Assembly (NCBI GenBank): GCA_947494675.1
Contig: CANLVP010000003.1
Span: 233,791 to 297,790 of the forward strand
Reading direction: 5' to 3'
Source of the DNA: an uncultured Rhodobacteraceae bacterium
Lineage (GTDB): Bacteria > Pseudomonadota > Alphaproteobacteria > Rhodobacterales > Rhodobacteraceae
DNA length: 64,000 bases
Shown: one piece after another, positions 29,268 through 38,350 of the stretch
Layout: each line of letters begins with the position of its first letter
Numbering within the stretch: position 1 is the stretch's first letter
Notes under the pieces: generated by a model
What the model saw: only the letters and a program-made list of their open reading frames with translations
Database searches by the model: none
What the model was told of the DNA's origin: nothing
Translations under genes and position numbers: made by a program

Positions 29268-31756
29268 CCATCCTTGCGGATCGTCTCGTTCTTGGGATCA
29301 TAAGGGCTGTCCTGCACCACTTCGGCATCCCAAAGCTGATCGAACATCTTGATCTTCACCTTGGTGCCGGGGCTCGCATGTTCCGGCTTCACATAGCCCA
29401 TACCAATCGACTTCCCGAAGGCCACGGAATAGCCGCCAGAGGTCAAACGCCCGATCCGCGCGCCATCAGTGGCATAAAGCGCCTCGCGCCCCCACGGGTC
29501 CGCATCATCCGGTCCGTCAATCAGCAGGGTCACGCAGGTGCTGCGTATGCCCTTCGCAACCATCGCGTCCTTGCCGTGGAAATCCTTGTCCAGATTGACA
29601 AAGCGCGGCAGGTCCGCCTCCAGCGGCGTGGCATCGCGGCCCAGTTCGGTGCCAAACGCGCGATAGGACTTTTCTTGCCGCAGCCAGTTTTGCGCCCGCG
29701 CACCCACCAGCTTCATCCCGTGCTTTTTCCCGGCTTTTTCCAGCAGATCAAACAGGTAGTTCTGCATTTCAATCGGATGGTGCAACTCCCAACCCAGCTC
29801 TCCGGTATAGGCCACACGGATCGCATTCACCGGGCACATTCCCAACTCGATCTGCTTGGCCGATAGCCACGGGAACCGCTTGTTGGACAGCGCCGTTGCT
29901 GGATCGGGGTCATTGATGACCTCTGCCAGCACATCCCGCGCCTTTGGCCCGGCGATGGCAAAGACACCCCACTGTGTCGTGACCTCTTGCTCGTTGATCC
30001 GGCCAAAACGGTCCTCATTTTCCATGATCGCCTTATAGAGGTAATCCTGATCATAAGCGGTCCAGGCCCCTGCAGAGACGAGGTAATAATCATCCTCAGC
30101 CAGCCGCACGATGGTGTATTCGGTACGCGTGGTCCCATGGGCCGTCAGCGCATAGGTCAGGTTGATCCGCCCCACGCGCGGCAGTTTGTTGGTGGTGAAC
30201 CAATCCAGAAACGCCGTCGCCCCCGGCCCTGAAATCCGGTGCTTGGTGAACGCCGTGGCATCGATCAGGCCCACGCCTTCGCGGATCGCCTTGGCCTCTT
30301 CCACCGCATATTGCCACCAGCCACCGCGTCGGAAACTGCGGGATGCGGCGTCATCAAAACCTGCGGGTGCAAAGTAATTCGGGCGTTCCCAGCCGTTCAC
30401 CCAACCAAACTGAGCACCCCGTGCGGCTTGCCGATCATAGGCGGGCGAGGTCCGCAAGGGACGACAGGCGGGGCGTTCCTCATCCGGGTGGTGCAGGATA
30501 TAGACGTGGTCGTAGCATTCCTCATTCTTGCGCGCGGCAAATTCCGTCGTCATCCACGAGCCATAGCGCTTGGGGTCAAGGCTCGCCATGTCGATCTCGG
30601 CCTCACCCTCAACCATCATCTGCGCCAGGTAATAGCCCGTGCCACCGGCGGCGGTGATCCCAAAGCTGAACCCTTCAGCCAGCCACATATTGTCCAACCC
30701 CGGCGCCGGCCCCACCAATGGATTGCCGTCAGGCGTATAACAGATCGGCCCGTTGAAATCGTCCTTCAGCCCGCTCTCCTCGCAGGATGGCACGCGGTGG
30801 ATCATCGCCATGTATTGTTCCTCGATCCGCTCCAGGTCAAGCTGGAACAGATCGGCGCGAAAGCTGTCGGGCACACCATATTCAAACCGCGCAGGCGCGT
30901 TCTTCTCATAGACGCCCAAAATCCAGCCGCCCCGTTCTTCACGCACATAGGACTGCGCATCGGCGTCGCGGATGACCGGGTGTTCGGGGTTGTCCTTGCG
31001 GTATTCAACCAGTGCGGGGTCCTGATCCATCACGATGAACTGATGCTCCACCGGGATCGCGGGGATCTTGATGCCCAGCATCTTGGCTGTGCGCTGCGCG
31101 TGGTTGCCTGAGGCCGTGACCACATGTTCCGCCGTGATCACGATTTGCTCGTCCGAGGGGACAAGGTTGCCGCCCTTTTCGACCATCTTGGTGCAGGTAA
31201 CCTCCCACGCTGTACCGTTCCAGTTGAACGCATCCGCCTGCCATTTGCGCTCAATCGCCACACCGCGTTGACGCGCGCCCTTGGCCATCGCCATGGTGAC
31301 ATCGGCGGGGTTAATATAGCCGTCCGTCGCGTGATAAAGCGCGCCTTCCAAATCCTCTGTGCGGATCAGCGGCCAGCGCGCCTTGATCTCATCGGGGGTC
31401 AGAAACTCATAGGGCACGCCGCAGGTCTCAGCGGTTGAGGCATAAAGCATATACTCATCCATCCGCTCCTTGGTCTGCGCCATCCGCAGGTTGCCCACGA
31501 CGGCAAAACCCGCATTCAACCCGGTCTCTTCTTCCAGCGTCTTGTAGAACTTGATCGAATAGTCGTGGATGTGGGTCGTCGCAAAAGACATGTTGAAATA
31601 AGGCAAGAGCCCCGCCGCATGCCAGGTGGACCCTGACGTCAGCTCATCACGCTCCAGCAGCATCACATCGTCCCAGCCCGCCTTTGCCAGATGGTAGGCA
31701 ATCGACGTGCCAACGGCACCACCACCAACAACCAGTGCTTTGACGTTCGTTTTCAT
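29264..31756 (-). CDS. dimethylglycine/sarcosine dehydrogenase-like protein (FAD oxidoreductase fused to a GcvT-type aminomethyltransferase domain)
   Basis: The start MKTNVKALVVGGGAVGTSIAYHL is a dinucleotide fold, with a histidine-flavinylation-like STWHAAG. The C-terminal part is a GcvT-like folate-binding domain. About 830 aa. Confidence 0.88.
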   Translation of the reverse strand: MKTNVKALVVGGGAVGTSIAYHLAKAGWDDVMLLERDELTSGSTWHAAGLLPYFNMSFATTHIHDYSIKFYKTLEEETGLNAGFAVVGNLRMAQTKERMDEYMLYASTAETCGVPYEFLTPDEIKARWPLIRTEDLEGALYHATDGYINPADVTMAMAKGARQRGVAIERKWQADAFNWNGTAWEVTCTKMVEKGGNLVPSDEQIVITAEHVVTASGNHAQRTAKMLGIKIPAIPVEHQFIVMDQDPALVEYRKDNPEHPVIRDADAQSYVREERGGWILGVYEKNAPARFEYGVPDSFRADLFQLDLERIEEQYMAMIHRVPSCEESGLKDDFNGPICYTPDGNPLVGPAPGLDNMWLAEGFSFGITAAGGTGYYLAQMMVEGEAEIDMASLDPKRYGSWMTTEFAARKNEECYDHVYILHHPDEERPACRPLRTSPAYDRQAARGAQFGWVNGWERPNYFAPAGFDDAASRSFRRGGWWQYAVEEAKAIREGVGLIDATAFTKHRISGPGATAFLDWFTTNKLPRVGRINLTYALTAHGTTRTEYTIVRLAEDDYYLVSAGAWTAYDQDYLYKAIMENEDRFGRINEQEVTTQWGVFAIAGPKARDVLAEVINDPDPATALSNKRFPWLSAKQIELGMCPVNAIRVAYTGELGWELHHPIEMQNYLFDLLEKAGKKHGMKLVGARAQNWLRQEKSYRAFGTELGRDATPLEADLPRFVNLDKDFHGKDAMVAKGIRSTCVTLLIDGPDDADPWGREALYATDGARIGRLTSGGYSVAFGKSIGMGYVKPEHASPGTKVKIKMFDQLWDAEVVQDSPYDPKNETIRKDG

Positions 31757-31910
31757 GACGCGACTCCCTTGGCGACCTGCAGGCAATTTAACCGATGAAC
31801 AGGTTCGCGCCAGAACCAGCCGACCACCTTTGTCGCGAAACCGACCTATGCAGCACGCCATGATGCCGCTAGCTTTCGCGCATTGGACGTACGCTTTGAG
31901 GCAATTACAT

Positions 31911-32549
31911 ATGACAAGACGACTTTCGGTTCTGACGGCCGCAAAAATTGCGGATGAAACCTATCGCCCCTCGCGCGGCCGAATTGCAGGCTACCGCATT
32001 CTGTCCACCAGCAAAGGCCATGCCACGGCCTACCTGCTGGAAGGCGACATCCTGACGATCAAGGGCAGCGACAGCGCCTATGATTATATCCGCTACAATT
32101 TGCGACCCCTGGGGATCGGTTTCAAAAAACTGACGCTCAAGGGCAAGATGGGTCAGGGCGCGGATTGGCATCAGGGTTTTTTGGCCCATGTCGCCGAAAT
32201 CCAGACCTGGCTGATCCGCATCCGGCGCAGACCGAAATACATCATCGGGCATTCTCTTGGCGCGGCCTCGGCGCAGGTGTTTTCAGCCGCCCTTCAAGTG
32301 CCCGCAATCTGTTTTGCGCCGCCGCGTGTCTGCCGCCAGAACAAAATCCCCGGCCAATGGAACCGCTGCCTGCTGATTGCCCGCACCGATGATATCGTGC
32401 CGCAAATCCCAGAGGGCTATCAGCACATCGGGCGCAGCACGCCCATCGATATGGGGCGCGTGTTGGGGCATAAGCACAAAATGAAACACTACATTCCGCA
32501 ACTGCCCAAGCAAATTAACCGGGGCAAAATTCCGTCAAAATGGCCGTAG
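31911..32549 (+). CDS. small class-3-lipase-like alpha/beta hydrolase (paralog 1)
   Basis: WHQGFLAH ... IIGHSLGAA (a GxSxG nucleophile elbow), RTDDIVP, HKMKHY. The start is the ATG at MTRRLSV. It is a paralog of 36325..36987. Confidence 0.75.
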   Translation: MTRRLSVLTAAKIADETYRPSRGRIAGYRILSTSKGHATAYLLEGDILTIKGSDSAYDYIRYNLRPLGIGFKKLTLKGKMGQGADWHQGFLAHVAEIQTWLIRIRRRPKYIIGHSLGAASAQVFSAALQVPAICFAPPRVCRQNKIPGQWNRCLLIARTDDIVPQIPEGYQHIGRSTPIDMGRVLGHKHKMKHYIPQLPKQINRGKIPSKWP

Positions 32550-32557
32550 GAGGCACC

Positions 32558-33031
32558 ATGCCAAGCTTTTTCAAGACCGCAATTCCAAGCTTTATCATCG
32601 GCGTCGGCGTCGGTGCCGTTGGCTGGTATCTCGCCGGGCCGCTCTTCATCGACAATGTGGTGGCCGAACAATTGGCCGAAGCCACGGTGCAATCGACCGG
32701 CACCTTTGTCGACGCCGACCGGGCCCACAAGGGCAGCGGCACCGTCTCCGTTGTGACCCGCGCCGATGGGATCACCGAGCTGCAATTCACCATGTTCGAG
32801 GTGACAAACGGCCCCGATCTTGAGGTCTGGCTTTCAGCCCACCCCGACCCCACATCGTCAAACGACGTCAAGGGCGCGGAATGGCTGTCGCTGGGTCAGC
32901 TCAAGGGTAATATCGGCGATCAGGCCTATACCGTGCCCGCCGGGACAGACCTCTCGGCCTATCCTTCCGTGGTGATCTGGTGCGAACAGTTCGGCGTCCT
33001 CTTCTCGCCCGCGGTGCTGAACCCGGCCTAG
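32558..33031 (+). CDS. DM13-domain protein with an N-terminal membrane anchor
   Basis: AGGAGG lies 4 nt before the ATG at 32558. The TM anchor is IPSFIIGVGVGAVGWYLAG. The DM13-like body reads GTFVDADRAHKGSGTVSVV ... PDLEVWLS ... VVIWCEQFGVLF. Confidence 0.75.
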   Translation: MPSFFKTAIPSFIIGVGVGAVGWYLAGPLFIDNVVAEQLAEATVQSTGTFVDADRAHKGSGTVSVVTRADGITELQFTMFEVTNGPDLEVWLSAHPDPTSSNDVKGAEWLSLGQLKGNIGDQAYTVPAGTDLSAYPSVVIWCEQFGVLFSPAVLNPA

Positions 33032-34395
33032 TCGTCGCTCAGCACGCAGCGCCGCACGCCAAGCTCGATCGAACACTGCTCTGCCCCCAGCACACCGCCA
33101 CTGGCCCCGCGTCGCACGGTTGGCTTCACGCCGGGTGTGACCGGTTCTTCGGCCTGCGCGGACTGCGGGTCTTCGGACCCCTGTGGCAGCAGCGCGATCA
33201 GTGATCTGACCTCGTCAGAAATCGTGCGCGCATCATAATCACTGGAACGGCGCGCGTCGGCCTGCGACAAAATCTGACCGCGCAGGATCTTTTGTACCAA
33301 GCGTGCTTCGCCACCCACCAACGGCTCAGGACCATTGGTCAATCGGTAGCCAATGCGCGCAATCTTGATGTGATCGGGCTCTGGCCCTAGCAGGGCCAGA
33401 ATATTCTCGGACGGTTCAAACCCCGCGCCATTGCGTTTGATCAAAGTCTCCCAATTGGTGATGTCACCTTCAACCATGCGCTGCAAAATGCGCGTTTCAA
33501 CGGCAGGGTAAATCCGCCCATCATTGACGATCTCATAGGCTTTCATCGCCATGCTCTTTTCTGGCGGGTCCGTTGACAGCTCGTCCGAGGCTGTGAAAAC
33601 CCCGACACCCGCACGATAGTCCGCCGCTGGTGTGGGCAGCAGCGCATTCAGCGCCGCCATATCGATCTGCCCAATCAGAGCAGCCACATGCGCATCACCT
33701 GCATTGGTGATGATCTCAAGCTCAATATACCCCCCAAGGTTCGCGGTGAAACGGCGGTAGTTGACCGGCGTTACATCACCCGTCGACGGGCGGCGCGACG
33801 TCCGCGGGTGCAAGGTCCAATCGATCCCATCGGCACGCGCAAACAGCGATTTGCGCGGCGCACCATCGTTGAAGGCCGCGTTCAAATCACCCATCGACGC
33901 CATGGACGCGTTAAGCTCACCCAAAATCTGGCCTTGCACGGTGTTGGTGTTCACCTGCTCCAACCGCTGCATCCGCAGCGCCATCAGCATCTGGCCGCGC
34001 ATATAGGTCATGGTTTCACCGCCCGCGCCCGCCTGATCGGCCCGGCGGAAATCAAGCAGGATGTTGTTGGTGGTCGATTTTGAGACCATGGTCTTGATCA
34101 ACGCGGCCTCAACAATCGCCTCGCCATCCTCTTGCGTATAGGCACGGGCATACCAGCCATCAGGCGCTGGCGGCATCTGGCCGCGCAGATCAATATCCGG
34201 GGTTTTGGTGACCTGACCCGTGGCGTTCTCAAACATCATCCGCAGCGCGGTGCCACCGGGGCTGACGTTTTCATTGCTGCCCTGCGTGGTCAGCGTGGTC
34301 TGTTTGCCCTGCAAATTCTCATACAGAACGTACAACCCACCTCCACCAATTAGCAGAATAAACAATACAATCGCCGGAAGGATCACACGGATCAT
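33028..34395 (-). CDS. hypothetical membrane-anchored protein (455 aa)
   Basis: N-terminal TM MIRVILPAIVLFILLIGGGGLYVLY. High third-position GC and no domain recognised. Confidence 0.7.
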   Translation of the reverse strand: MIRVILPAIVLFILLIGGGGLYVLYENLQGKQTTLTTQGSNENVSPGGTALRMMFENATGQVTKTPDIDLRGQMPPAPDGWYARAYTQEDGEAIVEAALIKTMVSKSTTNNILLDFRRADQAGAGGETMTYMRGQMLMALRMQRLEQVNTNTVQGQILGELNASMASMGDLNAAFNDGAPRKSLFARADGIDWTLHPRTSRRPSTGDVTPVNYRRFTANLGGYIELEIITNAGDAHVAALIGQIDMAALNALLPTPAADYRAGVGVFTASDELSTDPPEKSMAMKAYEIVNDGRIYPAVETRILQRMVEGDITNWETLIKRNGAGFEPSENILALLGPEPDHIKIARIGYRLTNGPEPLVGGEARLVQKILRGQILSQADARRSSDYDARTISDEVRSLIALLPQGSEDPQSAQAEEPVTPGVKPTVRRGASGGVLGAEQCSIELGVRRCVLSDD

Positions 34396-34540
34396 CACAC
34401 ACCTCAAAATCTAGTCGCCCGACGCATCACACCGCAATCCGGCATCCCGATGGACCAAACATGAAGATTTTGGGGCATCCCTTGCCGCTCTGCCCCCTGC
34501 GGCCTAGAAGTATGCGAACGCCGACCAGACCGGAACGAAT

Positions 34541-35383
34541 ATGCAGATCTGCCGCACCATCGCCGACATCCGCACCCATGTGGGCCAATTGCGCGGCAAA
34601 GGCTCTGTCGGATTGGTCACCACGATGGGCGCACTACACGCGGGCCACATGGCGCTGATGGACGCGGCAAAGGCGGACCACCCTTCGGTTGTGGCCACGA
34701 TCTTTGTGAACCCTACGCAGTTCGGCGATCCCAAAGACCTTGAAAACTACCCCCGCGATGAAGAGGCCGACCTCGCCATGCTGCGCGAAGCGGGCGTCGA
34801 CGCGGTCTTTATCCCCGACGCGGCCGAGATCTACCCCGAAGGCGAAGAAACCATCGTTGAAACGACCCGCCTCGCCAATATGCTGCACGGCAAGGTCCGC
34901 CCCGGCCACTTTCGCGGCGTCGCCACCGTTGTCACCAAGCTCTTCAACATCATCGGCGCAGACGCCGCCTATTTCGGTGAAAAAGACTACCAGCAGCTCG
35001 CCGTGATCCGCCGCATGGTCACCGACCTGCATATGCCGATCACCATCCACGGCGTGCCCACCGTGCGCGAGCCAGACGGCCTTGCGCTGTCTTCCCGCAA
35101 CGTCCGCCTGATTGGTGATGAACGCTATGACGCCCGCGTCCTCAACCTGTCGCTCACCGTGGCAGAGGCGCTGGTGAAAGAAGGCAAAACCGTCGAACAA
35201 GTCGCCGAGAGCATTCGCGGTGTCATCGCCTCCAAACGCGGGGCCAAGCTTGTCGGCCTCGACATCGTGGACGCCGCCACCTTTGAACCCGTCACAGGCG
35301 TGCCCACCCAAACCATCGGCATCATGATTTCCGTGCAATTCATGACGGTGATGCTGATTGACCAAAGAGAGATCACACCATGA
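34541..35383 (+). CDS. panC: pantoate--beta-alanine ligase
   Basis: [14 protein letters not shown] (HxGH), [14 protein letters not shown]. Confidence 0.93.
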   Translation: MQICRTIADIRTHVGQLRGKGSVGLVTTMGALHAGHMALMDAAKADHPSVVATIFVNPTQFGDPKDLENYPRDEEADLAMLREAGVDAVFIPDAAEIYPEGEETIVETTRLANMLHGKVRPGHFRGVATVVTKLFNIIGADAAYFGEKDYQQLAVIRRMVTDLHMPITIHGVPTVREPDGLALSSRNVRLIGDERYDARVLNLSLTVAEALVKEGKTVEQVAESIRGVIASKRGAKLVGLDIVDAATFEPVTGVPTQTIGIMISVQFMTVMLIDQREITP

Positions 35384-36192
35384 GCAGCCAAAAAGAGACC
35401 ATTCGCCGCAAAACCGTCCCACAGCTTGCGGCCCGCAAGGGTGGTGAACCCATCGTCTCGCTTACCAGCTATCACGCGCATACCGCCGCTATTGTTGATA
35501 AATATGCCGATTTCATCCTCGTCGGTGACAGCCTCGGCATGGTGATGCACGGCATGGAAAGTACGGTTGGCGTGCCGCTTGATCTGATGATCATGCACGG
35601 CAAGGCGGTGGTGCGCGGCACCCGGTCGGCGGTAATCGTGGTGGACATGCCCTTTGGTACCTACGAGGAATCCCCCGCCATGGCCTTCCGCAATGCGGCC
35701 AAGATCATGAAGGAAACCCAGTGCCAGGCCGTCAAACTCGAAGGCGGCGCACGCATGGCCGAAACCATCCGCTATCTGGTCGAACGCGGCATCCCCGTCA
35801 TGGCGCATGTGGGCCTGACACCACAGTCCGTGAACACCATGGGCGGCTTTAAGGTCCAAGGCCGGGATGAGGCCGCGTGGCAGGTCCACATCAACGACGC
35901 CAAAGCCGTGGCGGATGCAGGTGCCTTTGCTGTCGTCGTCGAAGGGGTGGTCGAAGACCTCGCCGACAAAATCACCGCCGCCGTTGATATCCCCACCATC
36001 GGCATCGGGGCCTCAGTCAATTGCGATGGCCAGATTCTGGTGCTGGAAGACATGCTGGGCCTCAACCCCTGGACGCCGAAATTCGTCAAAGTCTACGGCC
36101 AGCTTGGCCCGATGATCGAGGACAGCGTCAAACGCTACGCCGAAGACGTCAAATCCCGCGCCTTCCCCACCGAAGACGAAGTCTACCGCTAA
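35380..36192 (+). CDS. panB: 3-methyl-2-oxobutanoate hydroxymethyltransferase
   Basis: [28 protein letters not shown]. The ATGA start overlaps the panC stop. Confidence 0.93.
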   Translation: MSSQKETIRRKTVPQLAARKGGEPIVSLTSYHAHTAAIVDKYADFILVGDSLGMVMHGMESTVGVPLDLMIMHGKAVVRGTRSAVIVVDMPFGTYEESPAMAFRNAAKIMKETQCQAVKLEGGARMAETIRYLVERGIPVMAHVGLTPQSVNTMGGFKVQGRDEAAWQVHINDAKAVADAGAFAVVVEGVVEDLADKITAAVDIPTIGIGASVNCDGQILVLEDMLGLNPWTPKFVKVYGQLGPMIEDSVKRYAEDVKSRAFPTEDEVYR

Positions 36193-36223
36193 CCACCGCA
36201 CCCACGCTGTAAACAACGGGTAG

Positions 36224-36253
36224 GCCGGGGTTCACCCCGGCGCGCCACTTTTT
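36224..36253 (+). terminator. probable terminator after panB
   Basis: GCCGGGG-ttca-CCCCGGC hairpin. The T-run TTTTT follows 7 nt later. Confidence 0.5.
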
Positions 36254-36324
36254 GGGTCAGGAAACCCCCACTGGATTTGCGCCCACCCCTGCGCAACACT
36301 CAATCCAGCAAAGGGGGACCGCCC

Positions 36325-36987
36325 ATGACCATCGTCAGCTATCCAGTGAAAGAGGCCGCCAAACTGGCCGCCAACGCCTATGACATGCACCGCAACGCCA
36401 CATTGCGCGGGATGATCGTTGATGAATGCCCGATCCCGGGGGCCGAAGCGACGCTCTTGAACAACGGCTTTCTCATCATCCCCGGCACCAATTCCCTCTT
36501 GGACCATATTCAATTCAATTTCCGGCCTTTCCGCATCGGCCAAACCCAATATGCGTTGGACAACACCAAGACCACCAAAGGGTTCAGCGGAACGCTTTGG
36601 CATCAGGGGTTTCTGGCCCATGCCAAGGCGATCTATGACTGGATGGGCGACCGTCGTCCGACCGTGATTATCGGACATTCGCTGGGGGCTGCGGCCACAC
36701 AAATCCTGTCGAAAAGCTGGAAACGTACCGGCATCGGCTTTGCCGCGCCGCGCCCGCGCAAGGCCCGTGGCACGCTTGTCGACGACGCCCATTGCCTCAG
36801 CATTTGCCGCAAGGATGACCCCGTGACCGCCCTTGTGGGCAGCTTCCACCACATGGGCCGCGCCCCATATCTTGTGCACAAACGCCCGCGATTTGGCCTT
36901 AACCACAACATGGACGCTTACATGGACGCGCTCGACAACAACATCGGCACAGCGCCCGTTCCGGTCAAATGGCCGCCCACGTCCTAG
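36325..36987 (+). CDS. small class-3-lipase-like alpha/beta hydrolase (paralog 2)
   Basis: WHQGFLAH ... IIGHSLGAA, RKDDPVT, HNMDAY. AAGGGGGA lies before the ATG at 36325. Like paralog 1, it ends in KWP plus a few residues. Confidence 0.75.
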   Translation: MTIVSYPVKEAAKLAANAYDMHRNATLRGMIVDECPIPGAEATLLNNGFLIIPGTNSLLDHIQFNFRPFRIGQTQYALDNTKTTKGFSGTLWHQGFLAHAKAIYDWMGDRRPTVIIGHSLGAAATQILSKSWKRTGIGFAAPRPRKARGTLVDDAHCLSICRKDDPVTALVGSFHHMGRAPYLVHKRPRFGLNHNMDAYMDALDNNIGTAPVPVKWPPTS

Positions 36988-37105
36988 GGTCATGTATTTT
37001 TGCAACGGGGAAAATTGTCCCTAAGTTTCCTGCATCATTTACCATTTATTGACGTTATAGTCAGTATCACCGCACGTAGATGCGGATTGAGGAAAGTGAG
37101 AGCAC

Positions 37106-37255
37106 ATGAAACGCACCCCTATTTTGGCGGTGGTGGCCCTGTTGGCGCTCAGCGCCTGCATTCAGCCCGAACCTGTGACAGGCCGCGCCGATAACGACAT
37201 GCTACGGTTTTCCGCGATGAATTACGTCGCCTCAACGGAATACGGCGCTCAGTAA
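37106..37255 (+). CDS. 49-aa putative lipoprotein (below the ORF-track size cutoff)
   Basis: My own translation is MKRTPILAVVALLALSACIQPEPVTGRADNDMLRFSAMNYVASTEYGAQ. It has the lipobox LSAC, GAGGAAAG about 10 nt upstream, and fairly high third-position GC. Confidence 0.55.
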   Translation: MKRTPILAVVALLALSACIQPEPVTGRADNDMLRFSAMNYVASTEYGAQ

Positions 37256-37370
37256 ATCGCGACACCTAATGGCCTGACCCCGGTCAGGAAATCCTCCCCC
37301 CTGCACACCTATGCGCAGGGGCCGTGCTGGCCTATGCTCCCCTCATATTGATTTATGAGGATTTGATTGA

Positions 37371-38297
37371 ATGGCCCTGCGCAAAACCACCCGGCCCTTG
37401 TCCCGCACCCCCCGTGTCACCGCCCGCACCCCGCTTTTGAAGCGTGCGACATCGACCACCGCGTCCACAACAGTCGCCGCAACCGGCACGCTCCCCATCG
37501 CGACCCTCGCCCCCGGTGTCGCCACGGCGGCCAACAGCGGCACAGATTCCCATGACGTCTTCGCCGCGATGGAGGTCTCATACGGTAGCGTCCAACCCGT
37601 CGAAGCGGACGCGCTGGCAGGTGCCCTCACCGTTGATCTGCGCGACAAAATCCTTGAGGTCGTGACCGAAACCGTCCGCCTGTGGTTGCAACTGGCGCAT
37701 TTCCAAAACGTCTCAATCCAGATCGCCAGCGCCATCGCCCCTGCCGGGTGCCTGCAAGGTCCGCGCCTGCGCGACTATCGCCAAAACTCAAACGCCTATC
37801 ACAGCACCACCGGGCTGGAGCGTGAGTTGATGGATATGGCCCTGCGCGGCATCAGCGACAATTTCGCGCTCTGGCAAAGCTTTGTGATCATCCCCGGCTT
37901 ACCGCTTTTCCCAAGCTTCGCCGCCATCCCCATGGCAGAGGCCCCGCCAACACCCGCCGTACCCATGCCGCTGAGCGCGTTTCCATCCGGACAGGTGTCG
38001 ATGATCCTATCGGACGTGCAACTGCGCAACGCGATGCTGTCAGAGGCGCCAAACGACCTGAATGCCACCGATCTTGCGGACTTTTGCCAAAACATCGGCA
38101 AATGCTGCGCGCTGGCATTTCAGATCATGGTTTCGTCGCAAGTCGTGGTCAGCATGTTGGGCACAGGCCCCGTGCCAAGCTTTGCGCCACCCTATGTGCC
38201 CGTCGGCCCCGTTATGGGTGGTTCCGTTATCGCGGCACCAGGCATGTTCGCCGCACCCGGCAGCTTTTCGATCCCGAAACTACCGCTCAATATCTGA
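37371..38297 (+). CDS. hypothetical protein (308 aa) with a basic S/T-rich N-terminus and a Pro/Gly-rich C-terminus
   Basis: Third-position GC is high along the whole ORF. No family recognised. Confidence 0.65.
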   Translation: MALRKTTRPLSRTPRVTARTPLLKRATSTTASTTVAATGTLPIATLAPGVATAANSGTDSHDVFAAMEVSYGSVQPVEADALAGALTVDLRDKILEVVTETVRLWLQLAHFQNVSIQIASAIAPAGCLQGPRLRDYRQNSNAYHSTTGLERELMDMALRGISDNFALWQSFVIIPGLPLFPSFAAIPMAEAPPTPAVPMPLSAFPSGQVSMILSDVQLRNAMLSEAPNDLNATDLADFCQNIGKCCALAFQIMVSSQVVVSMLGTGPVPSFAPPYVPVGPVMGGSVIAAPGMFAAPGSFSIPKLPLNI

Positions 38298-38311
38298 CGG
38301 GACGGTGTGCG

Positions 38312-38346
38312 GGGCGCCTTTGTGCATCGCACAAACAGCGGCGCCC
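38312..38346. terminator. strong bidirectional hairpin between convergent genes
   Basis: GGGCGCC-TTTGTGC-atc-GCACAAA-(cagc bulge)-GGCGCCC. No clear U-run on either strand. Confidence 0.5.
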
Positions 38347-38350
38347 GCCG

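Noticed and set aside
37050-37062. TTGACG and TATAGT hexamers as a sigma-70 promoter for the small lipoprotein ORF
   Set aside because: The two hexamers are only 1 nt apart (TTGACG-t-TATAGT) rather than about 17 nt apart. Neither has a suitable partner at the right spacing.
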